Notes: generated by a model from the letters alone, not told the origin. A DNA stretch of 64,000 nucleotides from Nannocystis pusilla (GCF_026626665.1 NZ_JAPNKE010000002.1:3501168-3565167); one strand, 5' to 3'; positions 10,807 to 22,961 are shown, numbered from the stretch's first letter. Program-made: numbers and translations.

Positions 10807-12292
10807 GTGGCACTGCAGCGCCCCGCGCGCCTGCGACCAGTCGTGGACGGCCAGGGCGTCGGCGGGGATCCAGAAGTAGAAGAAGCCGCCGTCCTGGTTG
10901 AGCAGCAGCTCGTCCCGCTCCGTGGCGTCGATCTGCAGCAGCAGCCGCCAACGCAGCGCTCGCCGGCGGATCGCCAGCGCCTCGGGGCTGCCGTCGTCCC
11001 ACCCGTCCCAGCCCTGGGGGCGAGTGTCGATCTCGACGTCGAGGTACGGATCGCCCTGGATCGAGGCCGGGTGGCCGAGCAGGCGGTGGTACGGCCGCTC
11101 GTGGTCGTCGAGCTCGCCGGACTCGGCGATGAAGTACTCGAGCGGGTTGAACGGGACGAGCTCGCCCCCTCGCCCCGCTGACGCTGACGATGGACCGCGA
11201 GGATGCGCGCCTCGGGCAGCAAGGACTCGTAGAAGAAGTAGCTGTCGACGCACGGGTACAGCCGCTCGTCGGCGACGTCGATGTCGTAGGCGCTCAGCGG
11301 CTCGACCCCGGAGGCACCGGACGGCGCGCGAGCGCGTCGAGGTCGGTGAAGTGGAGCACCCGCACCGGATGGCCGCGCACGCCGTCGGGCGGGATGGGGG
11401 CGTAGAAGAAGCTCAGGAGGCCGTGCGCGGGCAGCTCGCGCGCGGCGGGATGGCCCGCGAGCCCGGCGAGGTCGAACTGGGCGACGAAGGTCAGCAAGAC
11501 GCCGTCGACCTCGGGCCACGGCAGGTCGCGCGGCAAGTCGGGAGCGCCGCCCAGGCGCGTCTGGCCGGGCTTATAGGTGGCCTCTGCGTCCTCGTCGTCG
11601 TCGTCGTCGACCTCGGCATCTCCGCCCTCGTCTTCGTCGCCGTCGTCTTCGTCGACCTCGGCATCGTCGTCATCGTCCTCGTCCTCTCCGCCCTCGTCTT
11701 CGTCGACCTCGGCATCGTCGTCATCGTCTTCGTCCTCGTCGAGCTCTTCGCTGCGAGACAGGTGCAGGCGGATCGACGCGCGCGCCATGGCCCGCACCTC
11801 GTCGACGTGATCGGCGAGACCGAGCGGCTCGAGGCGCTCGCGCCACTCGGCCTGGCGCGCGGCCTCGTCCATGGTCGCGATGCGAACCGGATCGCGGAGC
11901 GCCGCGGCGAAGTCGTCGGCCCGCTGCAGCGCCTCGTCGGCGAGCACGGCCTCGTAGACGAACAGGTCGCACGGCATCATCGCGTCGGGTTCGTCGAAAT
12001 GCGCGAGGATCGCGGGCATCGCCCGCAGGTGGCCCTCGACGTACGCCAGCCAGCGCTCGGGTGCGTGCTTGCGATCGTCGCCGATGAAAACCTCCTGCTC
12101 GCGGACGTCGAGCGGGATGACGCCGTCGACCGGATCGAAGGTCGTCAGCCGCAGGGCCACGATGAAATAACCCGCCTCGGTGCGCCACACCGGCGCGTCG
12201 TAGCCGGAGGCGAACGCGAGCTCGACGGAACCTTCGCGCAGCGGGAGGTGACGGCGGAACAACTCGAGCAACCGGTCGGGATCGACGCTCAC
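10804..12292 (-). CDS. DUF1963 (YwqG-like) domain protein with poly-Asp/Glu tandem-repeat linker; apparent frameshift near 11270
   Basis: The N-terminal part (GTG ~12292) reads VSVDPDRLLELFRRHLPL and then the acidic tract DEDEDDDDDAEVDEDEGGEDEDDDDD. The C-terminal part in another frame carries GELVPFNPLEYFIAESGELDDHERPYHRLLGHP...LLLQIDATERDELLLNQDGGFFYFWIP, the DUF1963 signature. Confidence 0.6.
11590..11750. repeat. about 3 tandem copies of a ~57-60 bp unit encoding the acidic tract
   Basis: Repeated cgtcttcgtcgacctcggcatcgtcgtcatcgtcctcgtcctctccgccctcgt units inside the DUF1963 protein CDS. Confidence 0.6.
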
Positions 12293-12378
12293 GGGCGCAT
12301 CATAGCGACCGGCCGGATTCCGCGCTCGCCCCGCGCAACGCTTCGCCCCCGAACCGACGATGCGCGCGAGGATCTGCC

Positions 12379-13404
12379 CTACCGCCCCGCCGGCCCGGCG
12401 AACGCGGCCAGCAGCTCGGCAGCGGCGTGGTCGGGGCTGAGCCGCCCGGCGCGGACGGCCGCCTCGAGCGCGGGCCGGCGCGCGAGCACCTCGGGATCGG
12501 CGGCGAAGCGGCGCATCAACTCGGCCTCGATCGCGCGCCACAGCCAGTACACGTGCTGGGCCTCGCGCTGGGCCTGCCAGGCGGGGCCGGCCTGGAGGGC
12601 CTCGCGGTGACGCTCGACGGTCTGCCACAGCGCCGCGAGGCCGGCGCCGGTGACGGAAGAGGTGGTGACGACGGGGACCGACCAGCCGGCGTGCTTGGGC
12701 CGGATGAGGCGCATCGCCAGGGCGTACTCGGCGCGGGCGCGCTCGGCGGCGGCGAGGTTGTCACCGTCGGCCTTGGTGATGGCGAGGATGTCGGCGAGCT
12801 CGAGGATCCCGCGCTTGATGCCCTGCAGCTCGTCGCCGGCGCCGGCGAGCATGAGGACGAGGAAGCAGTCGACGAGCTGCGCGACCATCACCTCCGACTG
12901 GCCGACGCCGACGGTCTCGACCAGCACGACGTCGAAGCCGGCGGCCTCGCACAGCAGCACGGTCTCGCGGGTGTGGCGGGCGACGCCGCCGAGCTCGCCG
13001 AGCGACGGCGACGGGCGGATGAAGGCGCGCGGCTCCCGGGCCAGCTCCTGCATGCGGGTCTTGTCGCCGAGGATGCTGCCGCCGCTGCGCACGGAGCTCG
13101 GATCGACCGCGAGCACGGCGACGCGCCGGCCGAGGTCTCGCACCAGATGCAGGCCGAGCGCCTCGATCAGCGTGCTCTTGCCCGCCCCCGGGCTGCCGGT
13201 GATGCCGACGCGCAGCGCCCCGCCTGCCCGTGAATCGCCCGTCTGCAGCGCGGCCACCAGCTCGCGCGCCAGCACCTGATCGTCGGCCCGCTGGCTCTCG
13301 ACCAGGGTGATCGCTCGCGCCAGCACCGCCCGATCGCCGGCCTGCACCCCCGCTGCGTACGCCTCGACGCTGAGCCGCCCTCGTGCCATCGCCGGGCGCA
13401 CCAT
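12379..13404 (-). CDS. MeaB/ArgK family methylmalonyl-CoA mutase-associated GTPase
   Basis: 341-aa ORF with the P-loop GITGSPGAGKSTLIEAL plus VDPSS and ETVGVGQSE motifs. Confidence 0.85.
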   Translation of the reverse strand: MVRPAMARGRLSVEAYAAGVQAGDRAVLARAITLVESQRADDQVLARELVAALQTGDSRAGGALRVGITGSPGAGKSTLIEALGLHLVRDLGRRVAVLAVDPSSVRSGGSILGDKTRMQELAREPRAFIRPSPSLGELGGVARHTRETVLLCEAAGFDVVLVETVGVGQSEVMVAQLVDCFLVLMLAGAGDELQGIKRGILELADILAITKADGDNLAAAERARAEYALAMRLIRPKHAGWSVPVVTTSSVTGAGLAALWQTVERHREALQAGPAWQAQREAQHVYWLWRAIEAELMRRFAADPEVLARRPALEAAVRAGRLSPDHAAAELLAAFAGPAGR

Positions 13405-13605
13405 ACCCGCTGGCCAGGCTGCGCGACAAGCGGCGCCACCAGATGTCCCAGGGGACCTGTCCCGAAGGTCAGACGTACTTCGGGCCGCGTCCCTCGCGCT
13501 CTCGACGGGGCACGACGCGAACCGCCGAGACAGCGCGACCCTCGACGCGACAGGCGCCGGGGCACGAGGAGAAAGCTCGACTCGGACTGCGGGCCGCGAC
13601 CGGCG

Positions 13606-13833
13606 TCAGGGCGCCGCGGACGCCTGGGCGTGGGCACCACGGCTGGTCGGGCGGCTGTAGAACAGGGTGATGGTCAGGCAGTGGAACTCGCTGTCGGAAC
13701 TCTGGGTGACCACCTTGTCGACGATCTCGACGCCGGGATTGGCCTCGAGCCACTCGTTGATGCGGTCGCTGATCTGCTCGCGCTCCCAAGCCTTGGTCGC
13801 CGAGAACACCTTGACTCCCGTAAATGCCACCAT
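13606..13833 (-). CDS. small hypothetical protein (~75 aa)
   Basis: MVAFTGVKVFSATKAWEREQISDRINEWLEANPGVEIVDKVVTQSSDSEFHCLTITLFY has a protein-like composition. No family was recognised with confidence. Confidence 0.4.
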   Translation of the reverse strand: MVAFTGVKVFSATKAWEREQISDRINEWLEANPGVEIVDKVVTQSSDSEFHCLTITLFYSRPTSRGAHAQASAAP

Positions 13834-13989
13834 GTGCCTCTCCCTCTGCAGCGCCCGGGGGATGATGCGTCGCGGCCAACCCCTCATGGGTCGCCGTCGC
13901 CGGAGGCGCCGCCCAGATCTGGCCCTGAGGTATGGCAGAGGCCACGGGGCGAATAAAGTTAAAGTGCGCACGGGCCCGCGGGCCGCAGG

Positions 13990-14073
13990 TCACGGGCTGT
14001 TAGAGCCTTTTTTGTAATTGAGCATGCATGTGATCCGTCGATATTGTGACGAACTCGCCTATATTGCCGCGCC
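13990..14073 (+). promoter_or_regulatory. AT-rich island with sigma70-like hexamers (TTGAGC-N17-ATATTG) immediately upstream of prmA
   Basis: Local AT-rich sequence ttgtaattgagcatgcatgtgatccgtcgatattgtgacgaactcgcctatattgccgcgcc ATG in a ~70% GC background. It is preceded by a GC-rich inverted repeat plus a T6 run (13960-14015). Confidence 0.3.
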
Positions 14074-15039
14074 ATGCGTGAGACAGCAGAGACGACCGCC
14101 GAACCGTGGGCGACGCTTTTGGTCCAGCTCCGCGGCCGGTCCGACGACGGCGAGGGCCTCGACCTCGGCGAGCTGACCGAGGCGTCGGAGCGGCTCGAGG
14201 CGCTGGCGACGCTGATCGCCGAGGACCCGCGCGCTGCGGGTGTGGAGACGCGGGACGCGTCGACGCTCGGCAGTCGGTGCGAGATCCCCGAGCTGACGAT
14301 TTACACCACCCCCGACGGCCTCGAAGGCCTCATCGCCGAGGTCGAGCGGCTCGGCGCCGACCTGCGCCTGCCGCTGCGGCTGACCCCGGCGGTGCGCACC
14401 GACGACGACTGGCGCGACACGTGGAAGCAGTTCTACGCGCCGCTGGTGTTCTCGGCCGCGACGACGACGCTGCTGGTGCGGCCGAGCTGGATCGATCGCC
14501 GGCCCGGCGACCCGGAGATGGAGCTGGTCCTCGACCCCGGCCGCGCCTTCGGCACCGGCCAGCACGAGACCACGCGGCTGTGCCTGGAGCTGCTGGTCGC
14601 CCTCGCCGAGGCCGGCGCGCGCCCCGACCGCGTGCTCGACCTCGGCTGCGGCTCCGGCATCCTCGCCCTCGCGGCGGCGCGGCTGTTCCCGCAGGCCGCG
14701 GTGGTCGCCGCCGACAACGACCCCGAGGCCGCCGACACCACCGCCGAGAACGCCGCCGCCAACAAGCTGGAGGACCGGCTCGAGATCCGGGCCGCGACCG
14801 TCTTGGAACTTTCGGACAGCTTCGATCTGATCCTCGCCAACATCCGCCCCGGCGTGCTGATCCCGATCGCCGGCGACCTCGCGCGCCGCCTCGCCCCCGG
14901 CGGCGCGGTCGTCCTCAGCGGCGTGCTCGGCGAGGAGGCCGAGGACGTGCTGGCCGCCTACACCGCGGCCGGGCTGGCGCTGGCCGACCGCCGCGACCTC
15001 GCCGAGTGGTGCGCGCTGGTCCTGCGAGCGGCCGGATGA
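14074..15039 (+). CDS. prmA: ribosomal protein L11 methyltransferase
   Basis: 321-aa ORF with the SAM motif VLDLGCGSGILALAA and a PrmA-like N-terminal domain. Confidence 0.85.
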   Translation: MRETAETTAEPWATLLVQLRGRSDDGEGLDLGELTEASERLEALATLIAEDPRAAGVETRDASTLGSRCEIPELTIYTTPDGLEGLIAEVERLGADLRLPLRLTPAVRTDDDWRDTWKQFYAPLVFSAATTTLLVRPSWIDRRPGDPEMELVLDPGRAFGTGQHETTRLCLELLVALAEAGARPDRVLDLGCGSGILALAAARLFPQAAVVAADNDPEAADTTAENAAANKLEDRLEIRAATVLELSDSFDLILANIRPGVLIPIAGDLARRLAPGGAVVLSGVLGEEAEDVLAAYTAAGLALADRRDLAEWCALVLRAAG

Positions 15040-15728
15040 GCACGCGGGTGTTCGTGGGCGCGCCGGCCGACCCGGCGCGCGTCGACCTCGACGCCGCCGA
15101 GTCGCACTACCTCCGGCGGGTCCGTCGGGTCGGCGACGGCGCGCGCATCGAGGCGATCGACGACCACGGCGCGCTGTGGCTGGCCGAGGTCGTCGGCGGC
15201 GACGCGCGCGGCACCACCGTGAAGTTGCTCGAGCAACGAACGGTGCCGGTCCCCGCGCGCGAGGTCGTGGTCCTGCTCGGCATGCCCGAGCCGGCCACCG
15301 TGCTGGACGTGCTGCCGGCGCTGTGCGAGATCGGCGTCGCCGAGGTCGTGCTGGTCCGCTGCGCCCGCAGCCAGGGCGCGGCGCCCGGCGGCGAACGGAT
15401 CGCGCGGGTGCTGCGAGCGGCGCAGCGGCAGTGCGGCAGGCCGCGCGCGCCCGCGATCTCGGGACCCGTCGATCTCCGCGAGGCCACGTACCGGCGCACC
15501 GACCTCCCCGGCTTGTTCGCGTGGGAGGAGCTGCGCGCGACATCGAGCGACGCGCCGGCGGTCGCCGCGGGTGCTCGCGTGTGCGTCGGGCCCGAGGGTG
15601 GGTTTACCCCCGAGGAGGCGGCGCTGCTGCGCGCCGCGGGCTTCCGCGCGCTCGGCCTCGGGCCCTACACGCTGCGCACCGAGACGGCGGCGCTGGTCGC
15701 CGTCGCTCGCGTGATGTTCGCCTGAGCG
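15036..15728 (+). CDS. rsmE: 16S rRNA (uracil1498-N3)-methyltransferase RsmE family
   Basis: ATG at 15036 overlaps the prmA stop (ATGA). MSTRVFVGAPADPARVDLDAAESHYLRRVRRV...GPEGGFTPEEAALL...LGPYTLRTETAALVAV. Confidence 0.8.
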
Positions 15729-15797
15729 CCGGCGGGGACCGGCCGCGCCGCGCGGGGACGGGCCGGGAGGCCCGGGGCCGTGTTATGGTGCGCGCCG

Positions 15798-16382
15798 ATG
15801 GCGTTTTGGTCCCGCAAGGAGCGACCCGCACCGTGTCCGAGCTGCGACGCAGCGCTGGACATCGGCCTCGTCAAGGACGGGCGACCGACGTGCCCGGCGT
15901 GCGGGCAAGCGCTGGTGCCGGTGCGCGTCGCCGGCTTCTGGCGTCGCCTCGCCGCCGCGCTGGTCGACGCCGCGATCCTGCTCGTCACCGCCGGCCCGCT
16001 GCACCTCGGTCTTCAGCGCGTGATCGGCGAGGCGAGCCCGGTGCGCGGCGCCTTCTCGTGGGCCGGCCTGCTCCAGCTCCTGACCGTCGACCCGCTCGAG
16101 ATCCTCGTGTGGCTGGCGCCGCTCCTGGTGATGGTCGCGATCTACTTCGTGCTCTTCATCGCCCTGTCCGGAAGGACACCCGGGCAGAAGCTCACCGGGA
16201 TCCGCGTGGTCCACCGCGCCGGCGGCAAGGTCGGCCCGGTGCGCGCGACGGTGCGGTTCGCGGGCACCGCCGTCGGCCTGGTGCCCGGCGGCCTCGGCTC
16301 GCTGTGGATGGCCTTCGACCGCGAGAAGCGGGCCTTCCACGACTACCTGACAGGCACCTACGTCGTGAGGGAACATTGAGCC
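15798..16382 (+). CDS. RDD family membrane protein with N-terminal zinc-ribbon
   Basis: CPSCDAALD...CPACGQAL zinc ribbon, then TM helices and RDD-domain features (FHDYLTGTYVV). Confidence 0.7.
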
Positions 16383-19300
16383 TCCTCCTGCGCCACCTCG
16401 AAGCCAACGGCCCGCTGTCGCGCGCCGATCTCGAGGCCGCGACCCGGCGGCAGCAGCTCGCCGGCGGCAGCCTCGACACCGCGATCCTCGAGCTCGGGTT
16501 GATGACCCCGATGCAGCTCGACGCCCTGCTGCAGAGCGCCTGCGGCCTGCCCGGCGCGCCGGTGCGGCTGCTCGAGCGCGGGGCGAGCCGTCCCTGGGAA
16601 CACGTCCCGAGAGACCTGGTCGACATCGGCTGGGCCATGCCGCTCGCGCAGGAGGACGGCCGGCTGATCGTCGCCGTCCACCCCGACCTGCCCGACGCCA
16701 AGCTCGGCCAGCTCTACCGCATGGTCCGCGGCTTCTACCCGGTCGTCGCGCCCGAGTGCTGCCTGGCCAAGATCGCCGCCGAGCGCACCGGCTCGATCCT
16801 CGCCCCGCGCTACGCGCTGATCCTGCTCGACTACCTCGAGGCGCTGCGCACCGCCTCGATCACGATCAGCCTGGTGCCGGGCGCCGCCGAGCCGCGGCCG
16901 AGCGAAGCGGCTGGCTCTGCGGACAGGCGGGCGGCGGAAGCAGCTGTCCCGGCGGACAGGCAGCCGGCGGAGGCCCGCGCCGAGTCAGCTGTTCCCGCGA
17001 GCAGGCAGGCGACGGAGTCACCTGCCCCGGCGGACAGACAGCCGGCGGAGGCTCGCGCCGAGGCAGCTGTCCCTTCGGGCAGGCATCCAGCAGAAGCCCG
17101 CGCCGAGGCAGCTGCCCCCGCGGACAGGCAGGCGACGGAGGCTCGCTCCGAAGCAGCTGTCCCTTCGGGCAGGCAGCCGACCGAGGCCCGCGCCGAGGCA
17201 GCTGTCCCCGCGGACAGCCGGCCGGCGGATGCACGCGCCGAGGCAGCTGTCCCTGCGGACAGCCGGCCGGCCGGCGACCGCGCGACGGAAGCGGCTGTCC
17301 CCGCGGACAGGTCGCACGCCGACGCCCGACGGGAGCCGTCCGGCGCGGACACGCCGGTCGACGCTCGAATCGCCGACGCAGCGAACGCCGGCGCCGAACG
17401 AGCGGCCCGCCCGGACGGGAGCACGACGTCCAGCGCTCCGGCCCCTCGCACCGATGCGCCCGCCGCCACCCATGGCCTGGAGGTCGAGGCCGGGGGCCCT
17501 GCCCGTGGTTCGTCGCGGACCGACGGCGCTGCGGTCGACCAGACCGCCGGCGCCGCGCAGCGATCGGCGCCCGCCGCTGGCCCCCCGGATGCTCCTGTCT
17601 CCGGGGACAGCTCCGTCGACGCGACGGTAGAAAGCGCCGAGGCCGGGCCTGCCGCCGGCGCCGCGAGCTCGAGCGGCGCGGCAGACCCGCGGACTGCCCC
17701 TGTCGTGGCGGACGGGACGACCGCTTCGACTGCCGCCGCCCCGGCGTCTTTGGCCGACGCGCTGCAGGCCGACGTACCTGTCCCAGCGGACAGACAGATG
17801 GCCGGCCCGCGACCGGCGGCGATGTCGGGACCGAACACCGCGGCGCGCGCGACGGGGTCACCGTCCAGCGCCGCTCCGCCGCCAGCGGAGGCTGCGACCG
17901 GCTCGCCGCGGACGGGCGCGTCCGCCGACGCCGCCGCAACCGCGCCTGTCCCCGGAGACAGCTCGATCGAACCGCTCGCACCTGCCCTCAAGGACAGCCG
18001 CGACGAGACGGCCGGATCGAGCAGCCGAGCCCGCCCGGGGAACGACCCGGCATCCGCCGCCCCCGCAGCGCCGACTCCCGCCGGCTCGCCGGCGCCCGAC
18101 CGGGATGTCCGTGCCGCCGCGCCCTCACCGCGGACCGGACGGCCGCCTCCGCGAGCGCCACGCCCACGAAACCTGTCCCTGAGGACAGCCAAGGCGCAGC
18201 ATCGGCGTCGTCGGGCGTCACCGGCGCGCCAGCACCTGTCCCCACGGACAGCTCCTCGGCCCCGCCCTCCGGCCGCGCGCCCGCGTCAGACACGACACCT
18301 GTCTCTCCGACCAGGTCACCCCAGCTCGACACCCCGAGCCACGCCGCTGCGGGACGCCGGACCGAGCCCGCCCCCACGCCCGCCGCCGCGGCGAGCCGCC
18401 AGACGGCGGCGTACGACTCCCGCGCGCCCGAGCCCGATTCCGCTGCGGCGGCCAACCGACCCTCGACGCGGCCCTCGCCCGTCCCCGTCGCCCCGGACGC
18501 CCCGCTCATCGACCCGGGCGGCTTCGAGGACGAGAACGCATCGCTGGCGGCGATGGCCATCGCCCCCGACACGCCGCTCATCATCCTGCCGCCGGCGACC
18601 ACGCCGCGACCGGTGACCCCGGCCCTCGGGGTGCCGATCTACTCGGACACCTCGTCTGGCAATTGGGACAGGCGCACCCTCGTCGGCATCCCCGTCGGCG
18701 TGGCGCCCTCCCCGCCCCCGACAAGTCCCCCCCGCGCACGGCTCCAGCAACGGCGTCGCTCGCCCTGCGGCCGCGCCGAATCCACCTGTCTCTTCGGCCA
18801 GTCCCGTCGAGCCCGCGCCGAGCCAGCCTGTCCCTTCGACCAGCTCTGCCGAAGTCGCCACGAGCACCCCGGAGACCGCGTCCGACGAGGATCTGGTCGA
18901 GTCGTCGACGCGCAAGCCGCCGGCCGCGCCGCAGCCGATGGTCATGACTCTGGCGCAGCGCCTCGACGCCGCCCGCGCCACCCTCGCCACCGCGCGCGAG
19001 CGCGACCGGATCACCGAGGCCCTGGTGCGAGCCGCCAGCCTGATCGCCCCGCGCGTGGCCCTGTTCGGGGTCAAGCGCGAGGGCCTGCGCGTCCTGGCCG
19101 CGCCCGGCAGCGCGCTGCGGATGTCCGAAGGCCTCGTCATCCCGCTGCCCGAGGGTGGCTTGCTCGATCGCGCGGTGTCCGGCCAGGGCCCGCTGCACCT
19201 CCTGATCGAGCCGAGCCTGTCGTTCGCCGTCGGCCAGCCGCTGGGGATCCCCTGCATCTTCGAGCCCGTGCTCGCCGGCGGCCGCACCGTGCTGATGCTC

Positions 19301-20716
19301 TACCTCGACCGCTCCGGCGTCGCGTTCGATCCGCGCGAGCGGACCGTCCTGCGCGAGCTGTGCGACACGGCCCGGCAGAGCCTCGAGGCGCTGCTGCGGC
19401 TGCTCGGCTGGGTGGTGCCCGGCGGCACGCCAGGGGCCGGCCCGGCCGACCGCACGCGCCCGTCGATCCGGCCGGCGACCCCGATCGTCACCGTCGACGA
19501 GGCCGACGCGCCGGGCACGACGCCACCTGTCTCTGCGGACAGCTCGGACAGCGAGCCCGAGCCGCCGGTCGCCGAGGCCTCGGACGAGCCCGAAGCGCCG
19601 CCGACCGCGAGCGGCGCCGCGAGTGAACCTGGCTTCGGGGACAGCAACAGCCTCGCCAGCCGGATGCGCAGCCGCGCCAACCGCGGGCGCGCCGTCATCA
19701 CCCTGAAGAACCCGATCCGGCGCGACGACCCGGCGACCGTGACGCCGCTGCCGGTGCGCGCCGAGAGCTCGGCGCTCGTGCGGGCCCAGACGCTCGCCGA
19801 CGAGCCGCCGCCCGCGCCCGCCGACGAGCCGGAGTACGAGGACCTCACCGACGACCCCGACGAGCCCGACAGCCCGCCGCCGCGCCGCGGCGGCCCCGGC
19901 CTCGGCCTCGCGCCGGTCCCGGTGCCCCTCGGCCCCGAGAACGGCCAGGACAGCCCGCTCGTGGCCCGCTTCGCCGCGATGTTCACCAAGCCGCCGCTGC
20001 CGGCGGTGACGATCGACCTGTCCGATCGGCCCAATACCTTCGGACATGCCCGATCGGACAGCCCCGAGCCGCCGCCGGCGAGCCCGCAGCCGGAGATGCC
20101 GGGCTGGATCGCCACCGCCGAGCCGTCGGGCATCGAGGACCCGCTGCCCGTGGCCGCGGCGCTGCGTTCGGCCGCGACCGCCGCCGAGGCCCGCGTCGAT
20201 CACGATCCGGCGGCGACGTTGCCGGGCGCGCCGCGGGTGGTGCTCGAGGAGACCACGCGGGCATCCACGCGCGACGACTTCGACGAGTGGCCGCGCGCCG
20301 CCTCCGACACCCCGACCATGCTCGACCTCTCGCCGCCGCCGACGCACGAGCCGCTGCTGGTCGAGACCCGCGCCGCGCCCGACGCCAAGACCGTCCTCGA
20401 CCTCCCGCGGGTCGACTCCCCGGTCCCGCCCGAGACCTTGATCCCCAACCTCGTCGCCCCGCCCGGCACGCCCGGCGCGGGCCGCCGTCGCCGCGGGAAC
20501 GAGCCGGCCGAGGACGAGCCGGTGCTGGTGATCCCGAAGACGCTGCGGCGCTCGGGCGGCCTCACCGCCACGCCGCACCCGATGGCTCGTCGCAGCGACC
20601 CCGACGAGCTCGAGGGCGGTCCGACGCTGTCGATGCCGACCACGCTGATCGGCCCGCGCAGCGCCGGCGGCGCGGCAAGCACGACCCGCGCCCCGACTCC
20701 TCGTCCAGCGCCCTGA
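16376..20716 (+). CDS. large MshEN (T2SS-E N-terminal-like) domain protein with Ala/Pro/Glu-rich tandem repeats and a C-terminal GAF-like region; apparent frame changes near 18120 and 18730 (could instead be two genes)
   Basis: N-terminus LSLLLRHLEANGPLSRADLEAATRRQQLAGGSLDTAILELGLMTPMQLDALLQ resembles GspE_N/MshEN. It is followed by 20-aa AEARAEAAVPADRQP repeats. After a CCCCCCC run at 18727 the protein-like frame moves and continues MVMTLAQRLDAARATLATARERDRITEALVRAASLIAPRVALFGVKREGLRVL to the stop at 20716. Confidence 0.5.
16900..17345. repeat. about 8 tandem copies of a 60-bp unit (gaggcagctgtcccNgcggacagNcagccggcggaggcccgcgcc) inside the CDS
   Basis: Direct reading of 16900-17345. Each unit carries the CTGTCCC-N-GGACAG inverted repeat. 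Confidence 0.8.
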
Positions 20717-20718
20717 CC

Positions 20719-21858
20719 ATGCCCAAGCTGGTGCGCGAGGCGGAGGCCGACGACGCCTCGGCCCAGTCGACCGCGCGAGGGGCCATCCCTTCGGAACATG
20801 CCCCCGAGGACATGTCTCTGGCGACCGGTTCCAAGGCGCAGGTCGACGCGACTGGCGACGCCGCCGAAGCCAGCGGGTCCGTCGCGGCCCCGCCGGCGGC
20901 CGACCGCCCCGCGGCCGCGCCGGCCGCCGAGCCGCCCGCGAGCGACGAGCCGTCGACCGAGGAGCCGGCCGCGACCGCCGAGGCCGCCTCCGGCGCGGCG
21001 CTCGACGACCGCGAGATCGACGCGGTGATCGAGGACTTCTTGCAGAACCCGGCCGAGTGGACCAGCGTGTCGCGGCTGCGCGCGCTCGACGAGCGCGGTC
21101 TGGCCCGCCTGGCCGCGCGCTTCCCCGGTCCCATCGACCTCGCCAACGCGACCAACTTCCCGCCGCCGAGCGCTCACGGCCCGCTGCTGCGCGCCTGCGT
21201 CGAGCTCGGCCACGCGGTCAGCCCGCACGTGCTCGCCCTGTTCGCCAGCGCACGGCCGCAGATCCGCTTCTACGCCGCGTTCCTGTTCCAGGAGCTGCGC
21301 GACCCGAAGTGCCTGCGGCCGCTCGGCGAGCTGGCGTTCGACCCCGACCCCGACGTGCGGCTGATCGCCACCCGCGTGCTCGAGTCCTACAGCCGCGTGC
21401 CCGACTTCGCGACGGTGGCCGCGGAGATCCGCGGCGAGCTCGAGAGCTCGGACCGCGACCGCCAGCTGCTCGCGGTCGAGGCCGCCGGCACCCTGCGCGA
21501 CACCCTCGCGGTGCCGCGCCTCATCGACCTGCTGGCGGTCCGCGACAAGCACGTCCGCGAGGCCGCGCTCGAGGCCCTGTGCTCGATCACCGCCAAGCAC
21601 CACGGCTACCGCGCCCAGCGCTGGCGGGCCTGGTACGCCGAGCACGGCCAGGAGCCGCGCATCGAGTGGGTCATCGACGGCCTGCGCCACCGCGACGAGG
21701 CCGTGCGCCGCTGGGCCGCCGACGAGCTGGCGCGGATCACCGGCCAGCGGATCCCGTTCCCGGCCGAGGGCGACCGCCGCAGCCGCGACCTGGCCCTGCG
21801 CGCCTGGCAAGCCTGGTGGGACAGCAACCGCGAGGACTTCACCGCCGGTAGCTGAGCG
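20719..21858 (+). CDS. HEAT-repeat (PBS lyase-like) protein
   Basis: ATG 3 bp after the preceding stop. It has repeated ...AAFLFQELRDPKCLRPLGELAFDPDPDVRLIA.../...LIDLLAVRDKHVREAALEAL... HEAT-like units. Confidence 0.7.
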
Positions 21859-21867
21859 CCTGTCGCT

Positions 21868-21937
21868 TCGGGCATGTCCTCGAAGACATGCCCGAAGCAG
21901 CATGGCGTTTCGGGCATGTCCTCTGGACCATGGCCCG
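21868..21937. repeat. array of 5 CATG-centred units at exactly 14-bp spacing
   Basis: CATG at 21873, 21887, 21901, 21915 and 21929. Units are ttcgggCATGtcct, cgaagaCATGcccg, aagcagCATGgcgt, ttcgggCATGtcct, ctggacCATGgccc. They lie between convergent gene ends. Confidence 0.85.
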
Positions 21938-22115
21938 CGCGCCACCCGAGCGGGCGCGAGGCGTGCTCACCGGTACGGCCGCAGGCCCGGCCGTCCGGGC
22001 GCGGCCTTCGCCCATGCCCACGACCGCCGCGGCCACGGCGCCGCACCTGCGCGGCCCGAGCTCGCAAGGGCTCGGCGCAAGCATGACCGTCCGGACATGC
22101 TCCGTCGATCCCCGC

Positions 22116-22961
22116 TCAGCGGTCGCCGACGACCTTCGCGGTGCCGGTCTTGGCCGGGGCGATCCGGCCCATCCGCACCGGCTCGGGCGGCGGCGGCGGG
22201 ATGTCGACGGCGATGTCGCCCATCAGCGGCTCCGATTTGGGCGGCTCGACCACCTTCACCGGCGCCTGGCCCATCTGCGGCGGCGGCGGGGCGAAGCCGG
22301 GCTGCGGGTCGCACGGCTCCTTCACCTCCGGCATCGCCTCGCCCATCTTCGCGTGCTCGACCGGCGCCACCTTGCCCATCAACTCCTCGGTCGGCGGCGG
22401 CGGCGGCGGGTCGGCGGCGATCGGCGCGGCGCCCATCGTCGGCACCGTCACCTCGGGGGTCGTCGGGATCGGCGGCGGCTGAGGCGGACGGATCTGGGCC
22501 CCCAGATCGACGACGTTCTTGCAGACCTCGTGACCCGCGGGGAAGTGCATCGTGGTGAAGGGCCCGGTCTGGACCTCGCAGCCGCCCTCCGGCGAGGGCT
22601 TGGCGTCGCGGGCCATCGCCTCGATGGCGATGTCGCCGATGTCCTGGATCGGCGGGCCGTCGCCGTGCGGGGCGCAGGCGGCGAGCAGCAGCGCCGCGAA
22701 GGCGGTCCGCACCGGGCGGAGGCGAGACAGCGGGACGGTGTCGCGGAACGCGATCTGGCCGTCTTCCTGGTTCGAGTAGCGGACGCACAGGTGCTCGCCC
22801 TTGTGCGCCTGCAGGAGATCGGTGGCGGCCTGCCGCGTCATCGCCGAGAGGTTGTGCACGTGTTTGGCGCAGACATCGCAGAAGCGGCGCTCCGCATCGC
22901 CGTGCATGGCGTCCCACGACTCGTGGCAGGGGCTCTTGATCTCGACGTTGCGACTGTGCAT
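22116..22961 (-). CDS. putative membrane protein with N-terminal cytoplasmic zinc-finger and Pro-rich periplasmic region (anti-sigma-factor-like architecture)
   Basis: MHSRNVEIKSPCHESWDAMHGDAERRFCDVCAKHVHNLSAM, then the TM segment AFAALLLAACA and PPPP-rich repeats. Confidence 0.5.
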   Translation of the reverse strand: MHSRNVEIKSPCHESWDAMHGDAERRFCDVCAKHVHNLSAMTRQAATDLLQAHKGEHLCVRYSNQEDGQIAFRDTVPLSRLRPVRTAFAALLLAACAPHGDGPPIQDIGDIAIEAMARDAKPSPEGGCEVQTGPFTTMHFPAGHEVCKNVVDLGAQIRPPQPPPIPTTPEVTVPTMGAAPIAADPPPPPPTEELMGKVAPVEHAKMGEAMPEVKEPCDPQPGFAPPPPQMGQAPVKVVEPPKSEPLMGDIAVDIPPPPPEPVRMGRIAPAKTGTAKVVGDR